NCBI RefSeq assembly: GCF_009834535.1
Contig: NC_045697.1
Span: 76,386,001-76,450,000, forward strand
From: Camelus ferus
Taxonomy: Eukaryota
Direction of reading: 5' to 3'
DNA length: 64,000 nt
Of the stretch, positions 12,244 to 24,881 are shown one piece after another; the first letter of the stretch is position 1, and every line of letters begins with the position of its first letter. The notes under the pieces were generated by a model that was not told the DNA's origin, ran no database searches, and worked only from the letters and a program-made list of their open reading frames with translations. The translations under genes were made by a program, and so were the position numbers.

Positions 12244-12794
12244 GGCAAGTGACTCCATCCCTGAGAGCTTAACCAAGGCATGCACTGTCCCTTTGAACGC
12301 AGCCAGAAAGAATGATGCTTTCTGAACCAGGAGGCTCTCTGGCAGCAGTCTTGACCTCTCTTTCCCCAGGTGTGCTCTCTCCTTCCCCCCTACCCCATTG
12401 CCAGGGTGGTGCTGCATGGGGACAGAGTCAGTGCCCATGAGGCCAGGGGGCCCGCAAGAGAGCTGTTGATGGCTGGTCAGTCCTGGTGGGATGAGAGCTG
12501 GGGCTACTGAACTGGGAGCCGAAGGCTTGAACCAACTGCACCATGAGGCCAGATGCTGTTTTCAGATAAACAAGGTCATTTCTCTTGGGCAGATCTATCA
12601 CCAAGCTGGGGGACCCACAGTGAGTGACACCCTTCCTTGCTCTTATCAAGAGAAAGAAACCGCCACAATATAGAGAATGATTCTCACAGGTGGGCCTTCA
12701 GTTTCACCCGTGTGGGTGATGTGAGGGCTTAACAGCTGAGCTGAATCTCTGTTGTGTCCCAGACTCTAACTGTGAGCAGAGCCAAGACTTGGAG

Positions 12795-12985
12795 AGTTAT
12801 ATGGTGAAAAGAACACAATTCAGGTTCCAGTTTCAGCTTGAGTATTCACTAGCAAGGTGAACTGACAGGTACTTAATGTTTCTGAGCCTCAGTAACTTCG
12901 TCTGTAAAACAGATGAGGTAACGTACAAGGCTGTTGTGACGATGAAGTAGGATAATGAAGGTCAGGGACCCAGCACACAGTGAGG
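12795..12985 (+). mobile_element. MIR SINE
   Basis: tacttaatgtttctgagcctcagtaacttcgtctgtaaaacagatg...ggctgttgtgacgatgaagtaggataatg. Confidence 0.75.
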
Positions 12986-14607
12986 TGACAACAAGGGGAG
13001 GAGTCTGGAGGTCCCCTCACTCCTTTGTGGCTCCATTCTAGGTTCTATGTAAGACTGGGTCCCTGGCTGAGTGGACATGAGTCAGCAAGTCAGTGTTAAT
13101 ATGTGGGAGTGGTCAAGGTCTAATACTCAGGTGGTTCAGTCTGGACAGGCAAATTCTCTCCCTCTCATCAGTTTTCTAAAATTAAACTTAGGGCTAAAGG
13201 AGTCATTTTATTTTGTGATGATATGTTTTGGTGGTTGATATTTTATTTGTAGTTGATGAATGTTAATTTGGAAGAGGGATTATTTGTTTTCAGTAGGGGC
13301 TGTCTTTGGGTTGAAAGGCAGCCCCAATTGTTTTGAAGGTCCCATAGCAGCATATTGATGGGTCATTTGTATATCTTAACATGCTGGGCCACCTTTGTAA
13401 CCATGGTAAGACCTTGAGCCAGTCACCATTTTCTTAGCCCTCAGTTTGCTCAATTATTGGATTAGATATGCTGTAAGTTTAATGCCAGCTCCCTGTTGAA
13501 AAGTATTATTGTAATTGACTCAGGTTTATAAGGAATGCTTCTCTACAGTGTTACCATGTGGATTTAGAGTATTTAATTTCTACGTATGGGGGTTTCTGAT
13601 TGTGAACTTTTCGGCAAAAGATCCCCTGCCCAATGCCATTCTCCACTTCCATGGGGGATTCAACCTGCCTTACTACATTTGAACTGACAATGCCTTTACT
13701 TAATCTCTCATCTCACTCAGATTCGTGATGAAGGTTGGAATTCCTTTGGAAGGACATTCCAGTTGGCTGCTTTCTCTTGATAGCATCAGGGAAGTTCTAA
13801 GTGTTTGGAGACCATCCAAAGTTTCATGGTGGTAGCAAGACTAGCACAATCTTTCTCCCTGCTGCTTTGGAATAACAGGCACTACCGGTGACTCACCTCA
13901 GCAGCTCTGAGGAGCCAAGTCTGTGTAGCCAAGTCAGGATCAGGCTATTTCCTCAGAACAGGGTACGCCTCGACAAGAACGGGAGGTGCAGTGAGTACCT
14001 CTGAAGCAACACCCAAACGAAAAACATGGCCTTCTGGGCTCCCTCTGTCATTTCTCTGAGTATTTCTCCCCGAGGGAATCAAGACTGTTTTCTTTAAGCA
14101 GAATATTCCCTGGAGTTCTGAACTGTTCCCCCACCCACTTCTCTCTTGTGGACACAACCCTTCCACACTGTAGCCACTGAACTAGAACGTATCATCAGTT
14201 CAGGTGTACAAACTGTTTATACCACAAGTCAAGAGAATCTCAAAGTCCAGGTGACACAGAGATTAGGTGAGTTACAAGCACAAAGCCTCACATTACTCAA
14301 TTAGCTTGGCACAAGTTTAAAGCATTTGTTTCTACTCAACAAACATTAAACAGCCCCTTGCTGTTTCCCTCTCCCAATTGTCCCTCCCCCCATCTCAAAC
14401 CCTAGTCCTTTGTATTCACTATCCTGTCTTTATTCTTGCTGAGGTTTTTAGTCTTTCATCCAAGGTTATATTTTGTTTCCTGGAAAAACAAGGGTATATT
14501 CTGTCTGGTCAACACATCAGTCCGCTTAGCTTTGGAGCAAACCCTTCCCCTGGAAGACCTCACGGACCCTGAGTCTGCCTTCGGAGACTGTTCACAGGTC
14601 TCTCACT

Positions 14608-15286
14608 TGTTGGAACAAACCTGGTCATGGGGTTCATGTGCTCATCACACAGCAAGCCAAATGCTGAGATGCAGCAGAGAAAGGGTTTATTCACGAGGCG
14701 GCCAAGCAAGGAGTTGGGAGAACAAGCTTCAGATCTGCCTCCTCGAAGGTGGGGGGTTTGGGATGTTTATGGGATAGAGAAACAGGGTGGTCTGAGGCTT
14801 GGGGAAAGATAATCAGAGGTGAGAAAAAGGTGAAGTAATTAGTGTACTCTGTAGGTGTATCTGAGTTACATGTTTCTTCAGGGGACATGTTTCAGAAGAT
14901 GACAGCATTAGCATGATCTGAGGATGGAGTTTTGGCCTTCTGACATCAAAAGGTCATCCACTGGACATTTTCACAGGCCCACTGGAGGGTCGGCGGTCCT
15001 AACCAGTCTTAACCGGGTGGAACTTGAACTGGACAAGCGCTGACTCCAAGGTCCTGAAAAACAACTCAAGCAATGGTTACTAAAGTGACCATACGTCAGA
15101 GGCGTTATCTGTAGAGGGTGGTGAAAAGAGTCTTGTGACACATTGTCTAAGCTACGTGAAGCTTGGAGGGTATGCAATTTTCAGGACAATTAAAGTGAGC
15201 TTAGTCAGTGAAGGCTGGTTACAGGATATTATTTATTAAGCAAGTTATAGTTTAAGGGATCAAACGGATGACTACCCTCGGTTTCA
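14608..15286 (-). mobile_element. ERV1 solo LTR (LTR8-related)
   Basis: On the minus strand begins TGAAACCG and ends ...AACA; AATAAA seen as tttatt near 14686; cacacagcaagccaaatgctgaga resembles LTR8-type U5. No TSD seen. Confidence 0.75.
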
Positions 15287-16299
15287 GGATTCAGAACAGC
15301 CTCTCTATCTCTGCTGAGTTCTCAGTCTTGATTATCCTGGATCTTCCCAGCCCACTCTGTTTACTCTTTTTCTTATCCCGTGGTCCTATGCAAAGCCCCC
15401 AGTTTCTACCCTTATCCCCTGAATTAGCAGATAGCCTTCTATATCCACATGCATGAGTTACTAGCTGCATTCAGTGGCCCCATCCTGCCCTGGCATGTCT
15501 AACAAGGCTGTGTATCTCACAGCCTTTATAGACTTAGACCTCCTCACATCCCAGCTTCCCACCAATTTGGGCCCCCTGAAGACTTCTGAAGGAATATTAA
15601 GAGTTTTACTACAGAATTCAGAAGAGAGGGACATGAAAATATCTAACAAAATTTAAAGAGCAAGCAAAAGATCTATCCATTCATTTATTCACTCCTTTGC
15701 CTATACCTGCAAGAATCATTCATTCATTCAGCTCTATGCCAGATCCATGCCAGGCCCCAAGGAAGCAAAGGGGCCCAGAAACTCAAGTCCAGCAAAGGAG
15801 ACAGACAGGCTTTGGGTTCAACCACGTGGTATGTGCCCTAGAGAGGGAGGAGAGCAAGTTCCCAGTCAGGAGAATAAGGAATCCTGTCTAAAAGGGTACA
15901 TTTGAGGAGATCTTTAAAAAAAAAAAAAAAAAAAGCAAGGGAAGAAAAAGCATGTTATAATTGTACGGGGAAGAAGGGGAGGGGTGAAACTATATATACA
16001 ATCTTTTTGTTCTTTTCAAAAATTTTCCTAAATGTCCACATGCATTACTTTGTAATTAAGGAAAAAAAGCATTGTTTACAAATTAAGATTAAAGTCAGCC
16101 CTTAATCACCCACTAACGCCACAGGGAGAGGCTGGGTTTTGGTCTTTTGCTCTATTATGTCTTTACATTCCTCAACAGTCTAATTCATTTATTTATCCTT
16201 GCCTTTATCACCCACTTTCTGTCATTTGCTTTCATGTCTGTGGCTAATGCAGTTAATATTTGCTGAGCATTCATGTGCTTTTCTCTGTTTCCCAGATGC

Positions 16300-16572
16300 T
16301 CTCAGAGTTGGGTTGGGGCAATGGGCCCATGAACAGAAGTAACATATGTCATGTCCAGGGTGAGTCACTTAAAAGCCAGAGTGCCTCCCCCTTCTCTCTC
16401 GCCCAGCAACCTTGGAAGCCACAAAGTGACAAGAACCTGGATCCCTGCATTTCTGGGAGGAGGTGAGTCCCTGCCAACTGACTTTGGACTTGGTGTGAGT
16501 GAGAAACAAGCTTCCACTGTGTGAAGCCATGTTCATTTGTTACCACAGCATGGACTAGCCTAACCCAACTGC
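16300..16572 (+). mobile_element. MaLR LTR fragment (MLT1I/J-like)
   Basis: gaacctggatccctg...ggacttggtgtgagtgagaaacaagcttccactgtgtgaagcca...tttgttaccacagcat. Confidence 0.65.
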
Positions 16573-18439
16573 TTGGAATGAGCCTATCTCCATGGCCTTC
16601 AGCATGTAAAGAATGTATTTCTGTAAACATTTTGTAAGGCTTGTATCTTGATAAGATACAAAATTCTTCTTCCAGCCTTGCCTTCTTACTACATTTCTTT
16701 CACTTCTTCTCTATTTACATGAGTTTGAGGGTTTGTTGTTCCCACCAAGTCAGTCAGTCAACCACGACGCAGATGTCAATTGACTTGTGCAAATGCGTGC
16801 CAGCAAATACGTGTACCTTGCCCTGAAGTACTGCTCCAGGTAAAACCTAACAGAGTTCTTTCAGGTCAGGTCCCTCTGCCCACATGAACCCAGGGTCCTT
16901 GCCCACTGTGGAGTATCATGCCCTCAGCCCCGCCCAAGTGAGAAGTCTCCTGGGTGAAAACTATGAATGTAGTTAGGCCCCAGGATATACCACTGCAAGA
17001 GGCAGTGCCCATGTATGACAGATTAGAGACAGTAGTGACACGGTTTTGCACTCACGCCTCTTCCCTGTCTGCTCCTGCCCCATCCTGTTACATGCCCAGC
17101 ATTGCACTGAAAGCCCCTTCAGCTAACTGGAATGCCATAGGAATCTCTACTGGTATTTCTCCCGACGATGTATAGTTTCTCTACTGATACTTTCTTCATC
17201 CACTTTTTCATATGTATGTGTTTGTATAGATATGTGTGTATATATGTAAATACTTTTTACAATGTTTCTTTGTCATGAAAGAATAAATTAAATCACCTCA
17301 TTGACCTTGCTACATAATTTGCTGCAAAGTACAGGATTTTACCAGTTAACACCTACTACCTTATAACATTATGACTTACCATCTGAGATTATATTAAATA
17401 AATGCTTTATTTGCCTTTGAGTAATCATAATAAATCATATCATACAATTCAATACTTATCATTGTTTGATTAAGAAGTCATCTTTTCCATTTCACCTGAT
17501 CTTGCCCAGTGTCCAGCATGATCTGTTGCTTAAAGCTCAAGGGAAAAGTAATTCATGACTATAAACATATGACAAAACATTCAGGAGCTACACTTTGAAG
17601 ATATTTTTCTCCAGTCAAAAGTTATTTAAACCAAGAGGGAAAAACCCTTTGACAAACACTTCCCTCATTTATTTAACTTCTGTTACAGGGCTTTCTCGCT
17701 TTGTTGAGAAAGTTTTCCTCTGCTTTTCCTGTAAAAGTGCATCAGTTTCTCTAGAAACAAGAATGTCACTAATCTGGGAATAGCTGAGAAATGTCCAGAC
17801 AAACTGTAGTATAAATTCCTACAATGTTTTGAAATGTATCTCCTGGTTTGATTAATCAAAGTCTTTCTAGAAGGCGTTGTCGCTACATCTCTGATACAAA
17901 TTTGACAGACAGTACTCTCACATTTGAGTCTACCCCAACCTATACTATACGACCCTGATAAAATATTTCCTGAGAGCTAAAACCCTTCCTTAAATTTTGC
18001 TGCATTGCTTGATTATTTTGAAAAATGGCAGCTGAATTAAAAGAACTGTTTACTCCTAGAGCAAAATGCAACCGCCAGTATTCTGGACTCAACTGTGTTT
18101 GTTTTATTTGGTTCAAAATATTTTTTTTTTAAAGATTCACTGAGATTGGCTCTAAAGAGCCTCAAATCAGGGCTTATCCGAGGTGAGTGAACACAGATGA
18201 GAGGACGCAGAGATGTCTTGACCAACTGTCCCTCTCTGTGGCTTTTGAACAAAATGAAATTGATACCTCCCATCCAATCTTTAGTGAAACGAGAGCTCTT
18301 TGCAACTTAGACCTCGGCTGTCTCTGGGTCCTACGCAAACTCCCTTAGCTAACCTGAAGCAGAAGACTCTGTATTATTCCAGATGATAATTTATGTGCAA
18401 TCCGCCTTTATTGCTGTTTGCTAAGCAAGGTTATAATTT

Positions 18440-18680
18440 ATTCAATTGTCAGATATTTTCCAAGTGTTTACTATCAGGAACTGTTCTAGGGGGTTGGGAA
18501 TACAGCAATGATAAAAAGAGATTAAAACTCCAAACCCCATAGAGCTTATAATAGTGCATATATATTCCTGGATAAAATAAGTAAAATAAAATACATGGTG
18601 ATAATTGCTATGGATGAAAGTAAAGAAGGGGAGGTGCTGGAGAACGTTGCGGGGAGGCTGCAGCTTTAAGGAGGTTGGCT
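18440..18680 (-). mobile_element. L2 LINE 3' fragment
   Basis: agtgtttactat...ctgttctagggg...aatacagcaatga...ccccatagagcttata. Confidence 0.6.
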
Positions 18681-18999
18681 AGGATCCTTATCTTTATTAT
18701 GTAACATCCTTCAGGGTTAAAAGGTTACCAGGGTTTGTATCCAGAAGAACCTCTACAGATGTATTGAACTGGGTTTCACCAAATCTACTACCAAAATACT
18801 TCATACAAATGGATGACTTTCTCTAGTTTTGATTTTTCTAATTTTCTAATTGTTTAATTCTTGTTGAAGTATACATAAAACAACAATATTTTCAGTCTCT
18901 ATTAAAGTTTCAATGTGGTATAGCTGATCAATCATCCATTTCACAAACACTTACTGAGCACCTGCTATGTGTCACTCATCATTACATCATTACAATATA

Positions 19000-19510
19000 T
19001 TGATGAGGATACTTTCAGCTCCATGTAAAAATAAACGTGACTCAAAATAGCTCAAACATAAAGGAAATGTTTTGGTTCATGAACTAAAAAGTGCAGAGAT
19101 GGGGCTGGTCTCTGGCTGGGCTTGATCCAGTAGCTCAGCAATGTCAAACAAGGAGCCTGTTTTCTTGCCACCTATTTTTCTGCTCTGCTTTCTGTGGTTT
19201 CTGCATCATCCCCTGCTGGTCCCAAGATGGCTGCCAGCAGCTCCCAGAGAGTTTCATTCCCCCATAATTCCCAGCAAAAGTCTGAGAATCAATCTGATTG
19301 GGTCAACTTGGATCACATGTTCACCTTTAAGCCAATACTGTGGCCAGAGGAAGGAACACAGTGACAGGTTTAGCCCAGACCGTGTCTGTCACCCCCAAAC
19401 CACGGTTTTAGTTAGCCTCCCTGAAACCACATGATCTACAAGTGGAAAATGGATCCTATTGAGAGGAAAGAATTTGGGAATAAATGCCAGGAATATAGTG
19501 TTCACTACAT
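19000..19510 (-). mobile_element. MaLR LTR (MLT1K/L-like)
   Basis: gactcaaaatagctcaaacataaagg...gcttgatccag...caagatggctgccagcagctcc...ctgattgggtcaacttggatcacatg...ccaatactgtggccagagg. Confidence 0.7.
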
Positions 19511-19811
19511 CTGAAGTCAGGATTTAAAGATGAATGAAGCTGGCATACTTCCTGCCTTCAAATAATTTTTAAAAATTATTCCTAAATTTTTCCAAACCAT
19601 TTATTCATGATGCTCTTTTCATTCTTCTTATTCACTTTCAAACCCAACAGAAATATAGTTTGAGATGGGTAATAAATAATTAACAAATACATAAATAAGA
19701 ACATATGCATGTGGTGTGTCTTTCTGTCCAGAATCTAGGCTATATATGCAGCTAGCTCCATGTGACCTGGTTCCCTGAAACCAATGCCATGTGGATGTGA
19801 GAAAGGAATGG

Positions 19812-20193
19812 ACCATCATCACGGAAATGCAAATCAAAACCACAGTGAGATTATCACCTTATGCATGATAGAACAGCTATCATCAAAACGACAACAAATA
19901 ACAAGTGTTGGCAAGGATGCGGAAAAAAGGGAATCCTTGTGCACTGCTGGTGGCCATGTAAATTGGTGCAGCCACTATGGAAAACAGTATGGCGGGTCCT
20001 CAAAAAACTGAAACTAGAACTACCATACAATCCAGCAATTGCATTTCTGGGTATTTATTCAAAGAAAACAAAAACACTAATTTGAAAAGATATATGTACC
20101 CCCATGTTCATCGCAACATTATTTACAATAGCTAAGATATGGAAACAACATAAGTGTCCATTGATGGATGAATGGCTAAATGTATATATACAC

Positions 20194-20227
<34 letters not shown>

Positions 20228-20790
20228 CACACACTGGTATATATGTATAATGGAATATTATTCTATCAAAAAAAAAGAAATCTTGCCATTTGTGACAACA
20301 TAAGTGAACCTCAAGGACATTACGCTAAGTGAAATAAGTAAGAGAAAGACAAATACTGTATGATCAATTTATATGTAGAATCTAAAACAACAACAACAAA
20401 CCAAACTCATAGAGAACAGATTGGTGGTTCCCAGAGGTGGGAGGTGGGGAAGGGTGTGAAAAATGGGTGAAGGGGGTGAGGGGTAAAACTTCCAGTTATA
20501 AAGGTAAATAAGCCCTGGGAATGTAATGTACAGCATAGTGGCTATAGTTAATAATACTGTATTACATCTTTGAAAATTGTTAGAAGAGTAGATCTTAAAA
20601 GTTCTCATCACAAGGGAAAAAATGTGTAACTGTGTAAGGTGACACATGTTAACTAGACTTATTATGGTGATCATTTCACAACATGTACAAATACCAATTC
20701 ATTCTGTTGTACACTTGAGACCAATATAATGTTATATGTCAATTACAGTTCAATTTAAAAATAAATTAAATTTAAAAACTGAAAAAAAAA
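19812..20790 (+). mobile_element. L1 LINE, 5'-truncated (ORF2 C-terminus, 3'UTR, A-tail); L1MA-like
   Basis: Translates to L1 ORF2 C-terminal [44 protein letters not shown]; 3'UTR ends tatatgtcaattacagttcaat plus A-rich tail; internal (TG)n at about 20196-20224. Confidence 0.92.
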
Positions 20791-21894
20791 GCAGTGCTAC
20801 CTGTAAGATGCCACCTCTTCCTATCCTGGACTAAGGAAGGAAGACCCTTCTCTGGCTGGAAGCATTCAATTGGGAGTTGACTTTAGAAACTACATAGGAG
20901 TTTCTTCTGGAGTCCTTAATGATTTTTTAGAAAATTTACAGGATTTGGAGCTGGCTCATGAACCACATCAGACCAGGAACAACTGAGAATTCTCTGTTTT
21001 GTAGAGCCTTAAGGTAGCTGCACCAGCCTTGCAAAAAAAAAGTCTGATCCCCAGGGGCTGTAGTCCAAAAGGAACTAGGAAAACTCAGAAGGGTGATGGA
21101 ACTGGGGAGTGGTGGTAGACCAGAAACAAGTCAACAATCACTTGGGCAGGAGGGATAGAGAAGATGCAGGAAATGGCTGCAAACAGTGAAACTGGGGACG
21201 TCAGAGAGAATCCTATGGAGAGTTCTAGGACAGCGTGGTGAGCTGTGTTTGTGACATCCTCCCATTGCCAAGTATGAAGACACTGCCGTCAGCAAGTGTA
21301 GAGGGAATAACTGAGATTAATCAAACTATTAGTTTTATGGTTATTTAGGGAATGGACCTCAAAACCCACACAATTGGTTGCTCAATCTAGAAAAAAATTT
21401 ATCTCTTGCCACTCCATAAATAATCACCACCCATATGAAACTAAACAGGAAATGAGAAAGCTCAGTTCATCCCTGGAGAGATGCCACGGATGTGCATTGT
21501 CAAAGCTGCCGTTACAACATGGATCATTGACTCGTGGCCAGGTGCCCTGGTTGGTTACCATGCCCTCGGGGACAGAAAATAAGGTACAGTGCCTGACTGT
21601 GAACTGACATCTAGCACTTAACAAGCTAAATGGAATCCATGTGGGAGGTAAAGTATTGTCTCTGAACAGCTTTCAGCACCCTATCTGATGTCTGCTTTAG
21701 TTTTGCATCATGTTTTCAAAGCTGAACATTGTTTAAGTGTGGATTTGGTGGGAATCTGTTGCCACTAAATCATGGGCCAATTTTTCCTCCTACAGGTACA
21801 TTCTTTGACTTTGATATGTCGGTGAATATATTTGTCTTGTGTGAAACACTATTTCGATTTGACAAGTTCTTCTTCCTTCCTAGCTCCCTTCCAA

Positions 21895-22080
21895 ATAATA
21901 ACAGCAGTTACTAGGTATTTAATATCTTCTGTGTGTCAGATCCTGTCCTAAGCTCTTCACCTGGATTATCTGGTTCTTTCTTGCTGAAGTTCTGATAAAC
22001 AAGTGCTATGATCCTCACTTTTTAAATGAGGGAGCTAAGTTTGAGAGTTTAAGTGACTTGCTCAGTGTCATGCCACTAAG
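21895..22080 (-). mobile_element. MIR SINE
   Basis: aataataacagcagttac...ctcactttttaaatgagggagctaag...ttaagtgacttgctcagtgtca. Confidence 0.7.
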
Positions 22081-22689
22081 AAATATTTGCCTTGAGATCT
22101 TTGTAACTTATTAAGATCTACAAATCTGGAAGTATGGAATACTTCCTAAAAGACTGCCTGCATAGAATCACTGATTCTTTACTCCTAATGCCTGGAGTTT
22201 GCTTTTTTTCCTGAGGCGGGTGGGAGCTGTGATGACTCACCCCACCTACCATTCCATCATTTATTGGTGTTATCAATACTTCCAAATTGCCCCATCTGAA
22301 CTCTGGGCCCAGATACCCAGCGTGTAAGGAGCCAGCTGTGCTGTTTGCTAGATGCGCTCTTGATTGCTTCTCTGTTTGGAACCAGTCAGTATAATACTTG
22401 GCTGATGACTTTGACTGAGAACTCTGAGTGCCTTTGTTAATTCAGCTCTTGGCAGAGTATTCTAACTGCCCACCCGCGGAATTCCTGGCTCCTAGAAATA
22501 ATTTAGAATGTCTAGAAAGTGCAAGTTCCACAATAGATAGTGCCATGTGTTGTATTAAAGACCCTCATCCGTAGAACATTAAAATCCATGAACTTTGCTC
22601 AAGCTTCCTTCATTCTTTACATACTCAGAAGTAGTAACTAACCACTGAGACCGGGCTATGCCCCGCCTCTTATTGTCCAAGCATATTTA

Positions 22690-22920
22690 ATACACATTTA
22701 TAATGATAAATGAACATCAGTAAGACGACATATTTCCATGAAATTTTATGAGGTAAATTACTGTGTGAAGTCAGGAGAATATAGTCACAATATGCAGTTA
22801 AGTGAAAAGAAGTAATACAGAACCATAAGTAAAGTAAGTTTCCATTTTTAAAAGTGTGTTTATATACATATGTGCATAGGGGAAAAAACAACTGGAAGTA
22901 TTTGAAATACTGACTTGTAA
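22690..22920 (+). mobile_element. Old L1 (L1ME-like) 3' fragment
   Basis: atatgcagttaagtgaaaagaagtaatacagaacc...tttccatttttaaaa...aaaaacaactggaag. Confidence 0.5.
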
Positions 22921-23669
22921 GTACTCCGCCGCATAGTTTTCCTAAAGTATTGTGCTAATATTGTTTTCTCTTAAGCATTGCATTTACAATTTAGAATAAA
23001 AACAGGCCTCTAAGTTTGTAATTTAGAGCTACTAGTTCTCCAGCTTCTGGATGTTATCTTTCAAATTTATGGTTTGTTACAGTTGAGTTCTACCCTTTTG
23101 TGTTTGTTTGTGTCATCCATGTTTTTCCATGTTTTGTAATTCTAAGAAACTCTTTCAATTCTGAAGAGTGAAAAAATCCCAAAGAATAAGCCAGGAGCTT
23201 CTTCCAATGTGCTGCAACTGCTCTTGAAACTGATTAACGCTCAGGAAGATGAGCAAGGGATGTGCCTTCTGGCCAAACCACTGACTGGCAGATCCAAAAC
23301 AATCTCCCACACAGACTGCTAAGTCAGGAATAGACCAACCTGGAGTGACCAGGAGCTGGGGGGTATGGGTAGGGCTGGGGACAGGGATGGGTCTAGGCTA
23401 TGTTTTAAATGTTATAAGTGTATGCAGGCTTCAGGGGGCCAGTCACATACACAGAGGATGAAACAATTTCTATTTCTTCAGATTCAATACCAGACCAACA
23501 AGTAACAAAGCTCCAAAAAGTTTTCTTGTGATGAGCTGCACCATTGTACATAATAGCTCTGTCTTTTTTGGAAAAATCTAGACAATCACTGAAATCTTTT
23601 AGAAATACTACATATTGAAATGAATGTATACTTCATAATTTCCTTTTACTTTCATATCAGCACATTATT

Positions 23670-23775
23670 AGTCTATCCAACAAATATTTTTTGAGTACAT
23701 GCCACGTGCCAGGCTCTGTGCAAAGCAGTGCAAAATAAACAAGGTCCCTGCCTTCATGGAGCTTATGGTTTAGAC
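23670..23775 (-). mobile_element. L2 LINE 3' end
   Basis: caacaaatatttttgagtac...gtgccaggctctgtgc...gtccctgccttcatggagctta. Confidence 0.7.
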
Positions 23776-23776
23776 C

Positions 23777-24064
23777 AGCACTGATCAATAAATATGGCAG
23801 TTACTAGACATGTGTGGCTACTGATCACTTAATATGTGGCTAGTCCAAATTGAAATGTCCTATAAGTGTAAAATGAATACTATATTTTAAACACTTGGTA
23901 TGAAAAAAGTTAAATATCTCAACTTTTTATATAGATTACATGTTAGTAGTAATGGTAATAGTTTTGATATATTAAAATTAACTTCACCTGTTTCTCTTCT
24001 TTAATGTGACAACTAGAAAATTTTAAATTACATGTTCAATTTATATTTCCATTGGACAACACTT
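23777..24064. mobile_element. MER33-like hAT-Charlie element
   Basis: cagcactgatcaata...catgtgtggctactgatcacttaatatgtggctagtcc...aaaattaacttcacctgtttc...ttccattggacaacact. Confidence 0.75.
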
Positions 24065-24072
24065 GTCTATGC

Positions 24073-24215
24073 TAGGAGTTCTCAAAACTCCCTGTGCTCA
24101 TAATTATATGGGAAGCTTTAAAAATACAGATCCCCAGATTGCATCCCCACAGAGATTCTTATTCTGTCTGGGCTGGGGCTCTGATGCTGGCATTTCTTTT
24201 TAAAGTTCCGAAGTG
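24073..24215. mobile_element. MER5-like hAT-Charlie MITE
   Basis: gttctcaaaact...gggaagctttaaaaatacagatcccc...ccccacagagattct...ctggggc. Confidence 0.6.
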
Positions 24216-24331
24216 AGACAGTGTGCAGCTGTTTCAGGGGCTGTGAGAGACACAGAGTCTATGGAGGCTATGCCCCTGCCACCTGGGAGATTTCCGTCTA
24301 GTGGCCCTCTGATGGCCATCTTCCCTGTTCC

Positions 24332-24881
24332 TGGTGGTTTTAAAATATGCCCATAAATTGATACTCCTCTCTTCAGGAGGTGGAGCTTAATTCCCCTCTT
24401 CTGTGTGAACAGGACTTAATGGCTGGCTGCTAACAAATAGAATGTGGCAGAAGTGACCATATGGGACTTGAAACTAGGTCTTAAGAGGTATTGTGGCTTC
24501 CCCCGCCCCCTCTCCCCCTCTGCCTCTGTCTTCTTCTCTCACTCTCATTACTTATCCTGGGAGAAGCCAGCAGCCATGCTGTGAGGGTACTCAAGCAGCC
24601 CGGCAGAGAGGTCCACAGGGCCTTCTGCCAAGAGCCAGTAGAAACCAGGTTTCTGTCTGTATGAACCATCTTGGAGGAATCATTTAATCCTACTCAAACC
24701 TTCAGATGACTGCATCCCTGACCGTCATCTTGACTGTAACCTCATGAGAAACTGAGCCAGAACCACCTTGCTAAGTCACTCTCAAATTTTTGGCCGAATA
24801 GGCTGAATGAAACAATAAATGTTCCTTGTTTTAAGTTACTAAGTTTTAGGGTCATTTTAATGCAGCAATAAATACCTAACA
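24332..24881 (+). mobile_element. MaLR solo LTR (MLT1F-like)
   Basis: ggtggttttaaaatatgcccataaatt...aacaaatagaatgtggcagaagtga...ccttcagatgactgc...aataaatgttccttgttttaag...gcagcaataaatacctaaca. Confidence 0.85.
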
